Assembly: GCA_021846845.1 (NCBI GenBank)
Contig: JAJZWB010000001.1
Coordinates: forward strand, 1,476 to 65,475
Source of the DNA: Actinomycetes bacterium
GTDB lineage: Bacteria; Actinomycetota; Thermoleophilia; Solirubrobacterales; Solirubrobacteraceae
Length of the DNA: 64,000 nt
Direction of reading: 5' to 3'
Shown: piece by piece, positions 55,749-64,000 of the stretch
How positions within the stretch are numbered: position 1 is the stretch's first letter
How the letters are laid out: every line of letters begins with the position of its first letter
Made by a program: the position numbers and the translations under genes
The notes under the pieces: model-generated
Told to the model about the DNA's origin: nothing
Database searches by the model: none
The model's input: the letters and a program-made list of their open reading frames with translations, nothing else

Positions 55749-57983
55749 GTGGTCCCGGCAATGGAGCCCCCCGCGACGGAGGCGGTGGACGGGCCGGACC
55801 GGCCTCGCCTGGTTCTCTTCCGCTGGCTGCGGCCGGGGCTGCCTCCGTTCATCAGCCAGCATCTCGACGAGCACGTCAGGTGCCTGCGCCACCACTTCGA
55901 CGTGGTGGTGATCGGGGAGGACTGCGACTACGGAGAGGTCTGCGAGCGTCACCGCCCCGACCTGGCTGTGTTCGAGTCAGGCGTCTACGCCGGGCCGCGG
56001 CGGATCACGGGGACGTCGTCCTGCCCGGACGTGCCCAAGATCGGCTTCTGCAACGCGGACGCCTACTGCGCCACGCGCTCGGTGTTCCTCTCCGACATGG
56101 AGCGCTGGGGGGTCGAGACGTTCTTCACGCTGGCCGTGGCGATGCCCGAGTACACGCCTGAGATCGCCGACCGACTGTTCCTGTGGCCGAACTTCGTCGA
56201 TCCCGGCGTCTATCGCGACTACGGGCAGGCGAAGAACATCCCGATCCTGTTCACCGGCAGCCAGGCGCCCCACTACCCGTGGCGCAGCAGGATCCACGGC
56301 ATCGTCGCGCCGCGCTTCCCCTGTCTCACCACTCCTCACGCCGGCTGGTTCGACGACTCTGCGGCGGGGAACATGATCCAGGGCTCGGGCTACGCCAGGC
56401 TCCTGAACGCGGCGATGATCGCCCCCACCTGCGGGACGATCGCCCGTGACTTGATCCGCAAGCACTTCGAGATCCCGGCATCGCGCACCTGCCTGGTGAC
56501 TGAGCGCACGGCCTCGGTCGAGGCCGCCGGCTTCGTGGACATGGAGAACGCGGTGTTCGCCGACCAGGGCGACGTCGTCGACAAGCTCCAGTTCCTCTTC
56601 TCCCACCCCGACGAGCTGCGGCGAATCACCGACGCCGGCTTCAAGCTGGCCCACTCGCGCCACACGATGGCCCAGCGTGACCAGATGCTCCAGTGGCTGA
56701 GGCTGCACCGGGCGGCGCGACCGGGGCAGCGGATCGTTCAGACCGGCCCGTTCGAGCCGCTGCGGCTGATCGACGCCGCCGGCGGGCGGGGCAACACGCC
56801 GCCGCTCAGCGGCGGCCTGGATCGCGCGCTGCTGCGGGAGGGGGAGAGGCTGCTCGACCGCGGGCGACTGCAGGATGCCGAGACCATGTTCCTGCGCTGC
56901 CTCAACTACCACTTCATGCCCGAGCCGGTGCTCGGCCTCACCAGGCGCCATCTCCACGGGGGCGACCCGCGTGAGGCGATCCGGTGGGTGACAAGGTCGA
57001 TCGAGCGCGGTCTGGTGCACCATCAGGCTCAGGACCCCGATCCGGTCGAGTGGGCGTACTTCGTCAGGGCCCTGATCTGCGCCGGGCGGCTCGACGCCGC
57101 CGCCGAGCGCGCGCAGCAGTTCCCGCGGCTGCGCCACCTGGAGCTGGAGCGGATCCGGTGGGCTCTGTCGGTGCTGAGAGGGGACGCCGGTCGGGCGCCG
57201 GCGCCTCCCGAGCAGTCCGCCGGACGGCCCAGCGTCCACGCGCTCCCGAGGCTCGATGCGCGACGCTGGCTGGCGGACCTTGACTCGATGCTTCGAGCCT
57301 GCGGCCGCGCCGAGCTGGCCGATTCGCTGGCGGCGGGAGTGCCGGCGCGTCGCCCGGCGTCCGGAGCTGATGCCCTCGCCGACGCGGTCACGGCGCTCGC
57401 GAATCGCCGGCGCGGCCTCGACGCGGTGCCGCTGGTGCCGGACCTCCCGCACGTGCGGCTGCGCAGGAGGCTCGGGCGCAGCCGGCGGGCGCGTCGTGAC
57501 AGGGCCGACGCCGGATCGCCGCGCGGCGCGATCCGGCAGCTGGCGCAGCGGGAGGACCTGCACAGCGCCCTGCTGCTGCGCGCCTCCGCGAGCTCGTGGA
57601 GCACCCGTGCGCTGCTGGACGGCCTGAGCTCGAATCCCAACAGCCCTGAGATCGTCTGGGTGGACGAGGCCACTCCGATCCTGCGGGCCGGCCGCTCTCG
57701 CCATCCCGGCAGGCGCGTCCCGTGGCGTGGCATGTTCGCCGAGGACGACCCGGGGTGCGCCGTGCGGTTCGACCTGGTGGCGGTGGGCGCCGGTGGCGGC
57801 TCACCGCGGGTCGAGGAGCGCGGGGCGCTCCAGGCCGCCCGCTTCCTGGTCCTGACAGGCATAAACAGTGCGCCGATGCACCTGGTCCACGCGTCTCTGA
57901 TCGAGGACGAGGGATACGCGCTGGTGACCCATCATCCGTCGCGCGACAACGGCTGCTCGGTGTTCCGGCGCCTGCTCGGCTAG
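55749..57983 (+). CDS. multidomain protein: CgeB-like glycosyltransferase domain, helical repeat region and a C-terminal domain of unknown function
   Basis: ORF 55749..57983. The N-terminal half (IPILFTGSQ...YPWRSR...MIAPTCGTIARDLIRKHFEIPASRTCLVTE...FKLAHSRHTMAQR) matches the CgeB/DUF3880 glycosyltransferase pattern. The middle is TPR-like. The last ~150 aa are unassigned. Confidence 0.65.
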   Translation: MVPAMEPPATEAVDGPDRPRLVLFRWLRPGLPPFISQHLDEHVRCLRHHFDVVVIGEDCDYGEVCERHRPDLAVFESGVYAGPRRITGTSSCPDVPKIGFCNADAYCATRSVFLSDMERWGVETFFTLAVAMPEYTPEIADRLFLWPNFVDPGVYRDYGQAKNIPILFTGSQAPHYPWRSRIHGIVAPRFPCLTTPHAGWFDDSAAGNMIQGSGYARLLNAAMIAPTCGTIARDLIRKHFEIPASRTCLVTERTASVEAAGFVDMENAVFADQGDVVDKLQFLFSHPDELRRITDAGFKLAHSRHTMAQRDQMLQWLRLHRAARPGQRIVQTGPFEPLRLIDAAGGRGNTPPLSGGLDRALLREGERLLDRGRLQDAETMFLRCLNYHFMPEPVLGLTRRHLHGGDPREAIRWVTRSIERGLVHHQAQDPDPVEWAYFVRALICAGRLDAAAERAQQFPRLRHLELERIRWALSVLRGDAGRAPAPPEQSAGRPSVHALPRLDARRWLADLDSMLRACGRAELADSLAAGVPARRPASGADALADAVTALANRRRGLDAVPLVPDLPHVRLRRRLGRSRRARRDRADAGSPRGAIRQLAQREDLHSALLLRASASSWSTRALLDGLSSNPNSPEIVWVDEATPILRAGRSRHPGRRVPWRGMFAEDDPGCAVRFDLVAVGAGGGSPRVEERGALQAARFLVLTGINSAPMHLVHASLIEDEGYALVTHHPSRDNGCSVFRRLLG

Positions 57984-58130
57984 GCGTCGGTCCCGGGTCT
58001 CGGCTGGGGTTCGGTCCCGGGTCCTGGCCGGGGTTCGGTCCCGGGTCTCGGCTGGGGTTCGGTCCCGGGTCCTGGCCGGGGTTCGGTCCCGGGTCTCGGC
58101 TGGGGTTCGGTCCCCGCGTCTCGGCCGGGG
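57984..58130. repeat. 24-nt tandem repeat x6 (alternating two variants, 48-nt super-unit) between convergent genes
   Basis: Variant a is gttcggtcccgggtctcggctggg. Variant b is gttcggtcccgggtcctggccggg. They are arranged a-b-a-b-a plus a diverged copy, starting 1 nt after the stop at 57983. Confidence 0.95.
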
Positions 58131-58138
58131 CGCCGATC

Positions 58139-59302
58139 TCACAGCTCGCCGGTGCGCCGCCACCACCAGCGCCGCGCCTCCAGCCGGGCGCGCCGGGTAG
58201 CGGCGGCGGCGAGTGAGCTCACGCGCGGGGGGATGCGGTCCTCGCCAACCGCTCGCCGACGGGCGAGGGCCGACCAGGCCGGCAGCTCGGCGGCCCCGGG
58301 CCAGGTCTCGACCGCGAACTCGATGAAACCCTCGACGCTGTCGGCGCCGCGCCCCGCGCGCCCCCGATCGTGGGCGTGGCATGCGCGGACCAGCGACTCG
58401 CTGGCCAGCGCGCGCCGCGCGGTGTCGTGGAGGTCGGCGGCGCCGTCCAGCCATCCGGCCCGCTCGGCGAACGCGGCGTCGAACGCGGCTCGCCTCGCGC
58501 GCAGGTCGAACAGCTGGCCGGTGTGCATCGTGCGCTGCATGCTGTCCGGGTGGACCCGGTAGTAGCCCTGCACAGGGCCGTTGACGCGGCCGACGTCGCC
58601 GATCGAGGCCAGCACGAGCCACATGTGCAGGTCCGACGTGTGGGGCAGGTCGACCCGCACCGGCGCGGCCCGGCGCACCGTCTCCGTGCGCATCACCACC
58701 TCTGGCTGGCTGATCACGTTGCCGGGGCTGCGGCACCGCCTGGCGATCCACTCGCGTCCCGCCCAGATCGACCAGCTGCGGGTCGCGGACCGGCCGGCTC
58801 GCGGAACCCCGGCCTCGAAGTGGCGCGGGCGGCCGTAGACGAAGGCGATCTCCGGATCGGAGTCGAGCAGCGCCGTCGCGCGACCGAGCGCTCCGGGCGC
58901 GAGCATGTCGTCGGCGTCCAGCTTGACGACGTACTCGGTCTCGACCCGCTCCAGGCCCTCGTTGACGGACGGGATCATCCCCCGGTTGCGCTCGTGGCGG
59001 ATCACCTCCACGCGTGAGTCGGAGCCCGACAGCGCGGCGGTGACGTAGGGCGTCCCGTCGGTGGAGCAGTCGTCGATCACGATCGCCCGCACGTCGACGT
59101 GCTCCTGTCCCAGGACGCTGGCGACGCAGTCGCCGAGGAAGCGCGCGTAGTTGTGCGCGGGGATCACCGCCGTGACCGAAGGGCGGCCCCCCGGCGCCGA
59201 CGGCACCGGCCGCAGGACGCGCTTGCCGCCGGTGCTCGCTAGCAGCGCCGTCGTCGAATGGCGGGGCGCGGCCGTCGGCGGGCCGGGCGGTCGCTGGATC
59301 AC
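58139..59302 (-). CDS. family 2 glycosyltransferase
   Basis: Distal 387 codons of ORF 58139..60139. The GTG at 59300-59302 overlaps the upstream TGA (GTGA). Motifs are VTAVIPAHNYARFLGDCVASVLGQ, VIDDCSTDGT and VKLDADD. Confidence 0.88.
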   Translation of the reverse strand: MIQRPPGPPTAAPRHSTTALLASTGGKRVLRPVPSAPGGRPSVTAVIPAHNYARFLGDCVASVLGQEHVDVRAIVIDDCSTDGTPYVTAALSGSDSRVEVIRHERNRGMIPSVNEGLERVETEYVVKLDADDMLAPGALGRATALLDSDPEIAFVYGRPRHFEAGVPRAGRSATRSWSIWAGREWIARRCRSPGNVISQPEVVMRTETVRRAAPVRVDLPHTSDLHMWLVLASIGDVGRVNGPVQGYYRVHPDSMQRTMHTGQLFDLRARRAAFDAAFAERAGWLDGAADLHDTARRALASESLVRACHAHDRGRAGRGADSVEGFIEFAVETWPGAAELPAWSALARRRAVGEDRIPPRVSSLAAAATRRARLEARRWWWRRTGEL

Positions 59303-60489
59303 GCCGCGCCGCGCTCCGCCGGCGAGTCCGCCAGCGCCCGGTCCACGAGCTCGTCGAGCGCGGCGGCACGCGCCTCCCATGTGTTCGCCAGCGCGAACCG
59401 CCGGCGCTGCTCCCGGCCGTCCGCGGGATGGGCCAGCGCGTGCTCGACCAGCCTGATGAACCGGTCGGCGTCGTCGGCGTAGTTGACCAGCGGGGGCGGG
59501 TAGTGGCGCAGCTCCGGAGATGCGGTGCCGACGATCGGCGGGCCGGCGTACAGGTACTCCCAGGTCTTCATGGGCGATTGGTGGCGGGTGAACAGGTCGT
59601 CGCCGTAGGGCATCAGGGCGACGTCGAGGTGGCGGATGTAGCCCGGCAGCTCCGAGCGTCCGCGGGCGCCCAGCAGGTGGATGTTCGGCCGTGACGCCAG
59701 GGCGTCGCGCGCGCTCGCCGAAAGCCTTGGGCTGGTGGCTCCCACGAACACGATCGAGCCCCCTCGGAACCGGTCGGCAACCCGCGTGACCAGGCCGAAG
59801 TCGAGACGATCGTCGACGCTTCCCGTGTAGCCGAGCAGCGGTCGCGGGAGGCGGTCGTACTCCCCGGGCGCCGGCGCGGAGTCGAAGGCGGCGGCGAGGT
59901 CGCCCGGGAACCCGAACGGCAGCAGGGCGCTTGGCCAGCCGCGGTCGGCGAGCAGGTCGCGCACGGCGTGGGAGGTGGCGCAGATCAGGTCGGCCGAGCG
60001 GCACAAGGACAGCGCCCGGTCCTCCAGGTCGGCCGGATCTCGATCCAGCAGCGCCGCGCCGGCGGCCGGGTGGTCCATGATCACCGCCACCCGGAGCCGC
60101 TCGCCGGCCACGCCGGCCAGCTCGGCCAGTCCGCGCCACCCGACCACGACAGGTCGGCGCAGCTCCGCGCGCGCCACCGCTCCTGCGAGCTGCGCCCGTA
60201 CGAGCGGTAGCGAGCGGGCGCGCATCCGCGGGTTCTCCACCGGTGGGAGCGCGAGCGGGGCGAATACCTCCAGGCCCTCACGCGTCCGCGGCCGGCGGCG
60301 GGCCACCGCGACCAGGCCAGGCCACGTCCCCGGCCCCAGGCCGTAGCGGAACGGGCCGAGCGGGCTGAGCGGCGGCTCGACGTAGAGCACGCGGTGTCTC
60401 GTCGCCAGCGCACGCGCGTAGTTGTGCGCCGCGTTGCGATGACCGTCCCACGCGGTCGGACCGTAGATGACGTAGGAGCGCTCGGACAT
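59299..60489 (-). CDS. GT-B fold glycosyltransferase (family 1/4, TuaH-like)
   Basis: ORF 59299..60714, from ATG 60489. Motifs are LLGYTGSVDDRLDFGLV, IVFVGA, LPGYIRHLDVALMPY and QSPMKTWEYLYAGPPIVGT. Confidence 0.7.
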   Translation of the reverse strand: MSERSYVIYGPTAWDGHRNAAHNYARALATRHRVLYVEPPLSPLGPFRYGLGPGTWPGLVAVARRRPRTREGLEVFAPLALPPVENPRMRARSLPLVRAQLAGAVARAELRRPVVVGWRGLAELAGVAGERLRVAVIMDHPAAGAALLDRDPADLEDRALSLCRSADLICATSHAVRDLLADRGWPSALLPFGFPGDLAAAFDSAPAPGEYDRLPRPLLGYTGSVDDRLDFGLVTRVADRFRGGSIVFVGATSPRLSASARDALASRPNIHLLGARGRSELPGYIRHLDVALMPYGDDLFTRHQSPMKTWEYLYAGPPIVGTASPELRHYPPPLVNYADDADRFIRLVEHALAHPADGREQRRRFALANTWEARAAALDELVDRALADSPAERGAA

Positions 60490-60491
60490 GG

Positions 60492-61280
60492 TCAGGGGCG
60501 CGTGCGCCCGGGGCCCCGGTCCGAGGCGCCGGCTCCCGTGGCGCGGCGCCCACGCCCGCGCCCGCGGGCTCGCGCCGCGGCCTCGCGGCGCAGCCGCTCG
60601 ATCCCTGCCACCGCCGGTCGGACCGGGCCGCGCGCGAAGCGCTCGGCAGGCAGGCCGAACGCCGTCGGGGTCACGCGCCGCTCTCGCATGGCGCGCCAGA
60701 TGCCCTCCCGGCACAGCTCGCCGTCGAGCTCGATCACCATCGCCAGCGGATGGAACTGGCGCGCCGTGTGGAAGTCGAGGGCCACCACCGGGGCGAGCTC
60801 TCGGTGGGAGGCGAGCAGCCCGGCGCCCTCACGGCTCGGGGCGTAGCCGTCGTATCTGCGATTCCACAGCTCGACGCCGAACAGCTCGCCCATCAGGGAG
60901 CGATCGATCGTCCGCCACGCACCGCGCCGCGCCGGGTGGGCCAGGACGGCCATTCCCTCGCTCTCACGGGCGCGCCGCAGCAGCTCGCCGGTCTGAAGGC
61001 CCCTCCCCAGGAACGGTAGGTCCCCGTAGACCGGCACGTGTACGCAGTTGGTCGGCTCGCTGTACTCGATGCCGGGCACCAGCAGGCAGGCGCCGGCGGC
61101 CCGTGCGCAGGCTGCCCGGTACTCGTCCCAGCGCCGTTCGTCGAAGTCACGGTCGTGCTCGGACAGCAGCACCGCGTCGTAGCCGCGCCGGCCGAAGGCC
61201 GCCGCGATCGACTCCAGGCTCATCGTCCCGTCATAGGACCAGTCCGAGTGGACGTGCTGGGCGACCCTGATCCGCCTCAT
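60492..61280 (-). CDS. PHP-domain metal-dependent phosphoesterase
   Basis: ORF 60492..61619, from ATG 61280, which overlaps the upstream TGA (ATGA). Motifs are AQHVHSDWSYDG, LLSEHD and VLAHP. Confidence 0.7.
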   Translation of the reverse strand: MRRIRVAQHVHSDWSYDGTMSLESIAAAFGRRGYDAVLLSEHDRDFDERRWDEYRAACARAAGACLLVPGIEYSEPTNCVHVPVYGDLPFLGRGLQTGELLRRARESEGMAVLAHPARRGAWRTIDRSLMGELFGVELWNRRYDGYAPSREGAGLLASHRELAPVVALDFHTARQFHPLAMVIELDGELCREGIWRAMRERRVTPTAFGLPAERFARGPVRPAVAGIERLRREAAARARGRGRGRRATGAGASDRGPGRTRP

Positions 61281-62581
61281 CCCCCAGCCCTCGGCCGCAT
61301 GCGGGCGATCACGGTGCCGATGGCGTCCTCGACGAACAGGCGCCCCTCTCCGGGCCTGGAGTTGTACCAGGCCTCGTCGCGGCTGAACCGGAGGACGTCG
61401 CGTATCGTGGCCCTGCGGGAGGGCCAGTGAGTGAGGGCGACGGATCGCGGCCCCCTCAGGACCGCCATCAGGTGGACGAGCTCGCGGCCGAGGTGACGGC
61501 AGACGAGCCCCTCCACGGCCGGCCGCGCCGGCGGCTCCCAGTCCTCGTCGCTCAGCCTCCTCACCGCCCAGGCCGGATACTCGAGCCCGAGTCGGCGGGC
61601 GAGGGCCATGCTCCCCCATGGCCGGCCGTTGAGCTCCATGAACCAGGCGCGTCCATCGGCGCCGCGCAGGAACTCAAGCATGAACATGCCGCTCCAGCCG
61701 ATCGCCGACAGCATCCGCTCGCCGCCGCGGAGCAGCTCGTCGTCGACGCCGGCCGACGCGCAGGCGCTGGAACCGGAACCGGACGGGTTCATCATCCTCA
61801 GGCGACGGTGGGCGCTGACGGCCAGGAGCCGGTGGGGTGCTGCGATCCCGAACAGGCCCTCGCCGGCGCCCGACAGCAGCGGCTGCGCCAGCAGGGTTCC
61901 GGAGCCGTTCCAGGCGCGAGCCGCCGCCCGGAGCTCGACACGGTCGCCGCAGACGAAGCTCGGGCCGCGGCGCAGGCGGCCCCGGGTCTCCGCCACGGGA
62001 CGCGCCGCCTTCAGGACGACGGGCAGGCTCGACAGCTCCAGCAGCTCGGCCACGGATTCGATCGGCTGCGTCGGCGGCACGTCCAGGCCGGCGCGTCGTG
62101 CCTGCTCCAGCTGTCGTCGCTTGTCCAGCGCGAGCTCGGCCAGCTCCCCGAGCGGCCCGGCGATCGGGATGTCGGCGGAGCGGAGCGCCTCGTCGCACAG
62201 CCACACCGAGGCGTCGTCGAGCGGCATCGCGGCGGCGAAGTCGCCGCGCTCGACGAGCGCCCGGAGGTCAGACGCGGACCGGCGGGCATCCTCCCGCGGG
62301 GACGTGATCTCGACGATCCGAACCGCGCGGCTGCGGCGCAGGGCCGGTCGCGAGCCGCGGTGGGAGAACGCCACCACGGGATGGCCCGCGTCCAGCAGGC
62401 TCCATGCCGCCTCGGGGGCCGCGAGCGCGTCGGCGAAGCCGATCAGCACGGGTCGCGGGTCCGCCGCCGCGGGGCGGTCCGGGTCCCGGGCGGGTCGCGG
62501 GGCCGCCGCCGCGGGGCGGTCCGCGGCCGCGGTGCTCAGCGCACCGGGCAGTGCGCGCGATCGCGGCTCGGCTACCGCCAT
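61277..62581 (-). CDS. ATP-grasp domain protein
   Basis: ORF 61277..63316, from ATG 62581. An alternative GTG at 62449 gives MLIGFADAL and excludes a 41-nt repeat. Motifs are LDKRRQLEQARRAGLDVP, PVVLKAARPV and FMLEFLRGADGRAWFMELNGRPWGS. Confidence 0.7.
   Translation of the reverse strand: MAVAEPRSRALPGALSTAAADRPAAAAPRPARDPDRPAAADPRPVLIGFADALAAPEAAWSLLDAGHPVVAFSHRGSRPALRRSRAVRIVEITSPREDARRSASDLRALVERGDFAAAMPLDDASVWLCDEALRSADIPIAGPLGELAELALDKRRQLEQARRAGLDVPPTQPIESVAELLELSSLPVVLKAARPVAETRGRLRRGPSFVCGDRVELRAAARAWNGSGTLLAQPLLSGAGEGLFGIAAPHRLLAVSAHRRLRMMNPSGSGSSACASAGVDDELLRGGERMLSAIGWSGMFMLEFLRGADGRAWFMELNGRPWGSMALARRLGLEYPAWAVRRLSDEDWEPPARPAVEGLVCRHLGRELVHLMAVLRGPRSVALTHWPSRRATIRDVLRFSRDEAWYNSRPGEGRLFVEDAIGTVIARMRPRAGG
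62451..62532. repeat. 41-nt direct repeat x2 at or in front of the ATP-grasp 5' end
   Basis: gggtcgcgggtccgccgccgcggggcggtcc at 62451 and gggtcgcggggccgccgccgcggggcggtcc at 62492. Confidence 0.85.
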
Positions 62582-63288
62582 CGCTTGACGGTCGACTTGA
62601 CCAGTCTCGGGAAGGCCTGCCGCCGAGAGCCGGCCATTGCCACGATTCGCTCCAGCACGTCGGCGCGGTCGCCGCGCCGGATCGTCGTTCGCGGCTGGAG
62701 CCAGCTCTCGGCGCGCGCCGGGCCACCGTCGCTGGTGAACACGCGTCCGTACCCGAGATGGCTCAGCTGGGAGAGCACCCGCCGGTCGTAGGCGCCGAAC
62801 GGACATGCCGCCTGCGTAACCGGGCGGTCGACGATCGCCTCCAGGCGCTGTCTCGCCGACCAGGTCTCCTCGCGGAGCGCCAGGTCGCCGAGCCCTCGCC
62901 ACGGCCGGTGATGCATGCCGTGGCAGCCGATCGTCATCCCCTCCCCGACGAGCGCGACGAGATCCTCCTCGTCCAGGAACCCGGGCAGGCCGAGCCTCTG
63001 GCTGACGACGAAGAAGGTCGCCGTCAGACCGCGCCTTCGCAGCTGCGCAAGCGCTATCAGCACGTCGGACGCGTTGCCGTCGTCGAAGCTGATCCGGACA
63101 TCGTCGCGCCCGGCGACCGCGTCCAGGATCGACGAGAGCCGGTCCTCGTCGATCCAGACGTCGAGCTCGCCCGGGCCGAGCCGGCGCATCGGCTCCCCCA
63201 CGCCGTGGAACGTCAGGTTGCAGACGCCCCGCCCGGGGTCTGAGGAGGTGGTCGTCCCTGCGACCGCATCGTTGCTGGTCGTGCTCAT
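62572..63288 (-). CDS. NodB-homology polysaccharide deacetylase
   Basis: ORF 62572..63324, from ATG 63288. Motifs are LTFHGVG, ISFDDGNASD, TFFVV and IGCHGMHH. Confidence 0.78.
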   Translation of the reverse strand: MSTTSNDAVAGTTTSSDPGRGVCNLTFHGVGEPMRRLGPGELDVWIDEDRLSSILDAVAGRDDVRISFDDGNASDVLIALAQLRRRGLTATFFVVSQRLGLPGFLDEEDLVALVGEGMTIGCHGMHHRPWRGLGDLALREETWSARQRLEAIVDRPVTQAACPFGAYDRRVLSQLSHLGYGRVFTSDGGPARAESWLQPRTTIRRGDRADVLERIVAMAGSRRQAFPRLVKSTVKRWR

Positions 63289-63560
63289 CTGGTGCCCGGC
63301 TCCGAGATGCCCGCACGGTGACAACGCCCGTCCGGCGGCGGTTCTTTCACCCGCGGCGCACGGGTCGCGCGCCTTCGGTGAGGTCGGTGCACACGGGGCC
63401 GCGCTCGCGTGGTGCGCCGTGACGGAGCCCGCGGGGCCCGCCTGGACGGCTGCACGCCGGGCGCCGCAAGAGCGCGGTCGCCACCCCGTTGTTCAGACGC
63501 GATGACCTCCTTCTTCAGCAGGCTCTCGCACCCGAGCCGCAGGCGCGGGCGAAGCGTGCG

Positions 63561-64000
63561 GTGAGCGATGCCGCCCCCTCGACCGCCGAGGTCCGCTCGG
63601 CGACCGTGCGCGGCCTGCGCTGGATCGTCATCACGCGCCCCTCCAGCGAGCTGATCGCGATGGCGTCGCTGGTCGTGTGCGCCCACCTGATCGCACCGGC
63701 GCAGTTCGGGCACTTCGCCGTGGCGGCGATCGTCGGCGAGCTCGCCTTCATCCCCTCGGCGGGTGTCGGCGCGGCGCTCGTGCAGCGCCCGGAGGTGACC
63801 CGAGAGCACCTGAGGGCCGGCTTCGGGCTCGCGCTCGTCACCGGCGTCCTGCTCGTGGCGCTGACCCTGGCCGCGGCGACGGTGATCGTCGCGCCGGTGT
63901 TCGGCGAGCAGACCGCACAGCTCGTGCGGCTCTCGACCCCGGGCTTCTTCATCGCCGCGGCCAGCACCGTGCCCGGTGCCCTGCTGCAGCGGCGCCTGCA
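63561..64000 (+). CDS. Wzx/MOP-type polysaccharide flippase, N-terminal part (continues beyond window)
   Basis: Open to the window end, so absent from the ORF track. From GTG 63561 it reads VSDAAPSTAEVRSATVRGLRWIVITRPSSELIAMASLVVCAHLIAPAQFGHFAVAAIVGELAFIPSAGVGAALVQRPEV... This is typical of flippase N-termini. It is divergent from the deacetylase operon. Confidence 0.65.
   Translation, partial: MSDAAPSTAEVRSATVRGLRWIVITRPSSELIAMASLVVCAHLIAPAQFGHFAVAAIVGELAFIPSAGVGAALVQRPEVTREHLRAGFGLALVTGVLLVALTLAAATVIVAPVFGEQTAQLVRLSTPGFFIAAASTVPGALLQRRL

Noticed and set aside
57722-58216. Plus-strand ORF encoding GFGPGS-type repeats
   Set aside because: The repeat lies between two convergent stop codons. 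The rest of the ORF overlaps the flanking genes out of frame, so it is most simply a non-coding tandem repeat.
58139-63316. Long 5' extensions of ORFs 58139..60139, 59299..60714, 60492..61619 and 61277..63316
   Set aside because: Each extension overlaps the preceding well-supported gene. Internal starts give 4-nt overlaps or short gaps, and the N-termini then match the family cores.

Overview
Very GC-rich bacterial chromosomal segment, roughly 70 percent GC or more by eye. Its style is actinobacterial: frequent GTG/TTG starts, 4-nt ATGA/GTGA stop-start overlaps, and long antisense shadow ORFs in every frame. A Thermoleophilia- or Rubrobacteria-like member of the Actinomycetota is my guess only. 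All family calls come from motif recognition in the supplied translations; no searches were run.

Gene content, in order:
- 0-5.4 kb: TerC and ExoD membrane proteins, a GAF histidine kinase with a NarL regulator, a SatP-like channel, and a cupin.
- 5.5-11.3 kb: a tightly coupled minus-strand operon of PspA/IM30, PEP synthase and two ArsA/Get3-like ATPases, preceded by a 2TM gene.
- 11.3-12.1 kb: an unusually long (~790 bp) non-coding gap.
- 12.1-13.3 kb: ChrA.
- 13.5-19.4 kb: four exported proteins of unknown function. One is an 881-aa protein made of 14 Cys-pair repeats.
- 19.6-24.1 kb: L,D-transpeptidase, MurB, a methyltransferase and an SDR.
- 24.2-27.3 kb: a KaiC-like pseudo-ATPase/XRE/cupin fusion regulator and a PurM paralog.
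- 27.4-32.2 kb: a second HisKA_3/NarL pair, an MTHFR-like gene and an acyl-CoA desaturase.
- 32.4-34.9 kb: a GAP-family membrane protein followed by an Hpt, HK and CheY-like phosphorelay.
- 35.1-48.6 kb: the core block rpmG-secE-nusG-rplK-rplA-rplJ-rplL, a LamG gene on the opposite strand, then rpoB-rpoC.
- 48.8-50.3 kb: an orphan membrane kinase.
- 50.6-64 kb: a glycan biosynthesis cluster. It holds a 3-amino-sugar trio, an epimerase, a CgeB-like multidomain protein, GT2, GT-B, PHP, ATP-grasp, a NodB deacetylase and a Wzx-like flippase.

The recurring non-genic signal is a set of at least a dozen GC-rich tandem repeats (periods 21-85 nt). They sit in intergenic gaps, several anchored exactly on stop codons.

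I did not see any rRNA, tRNA, CRISPR array, transposase or prophage.
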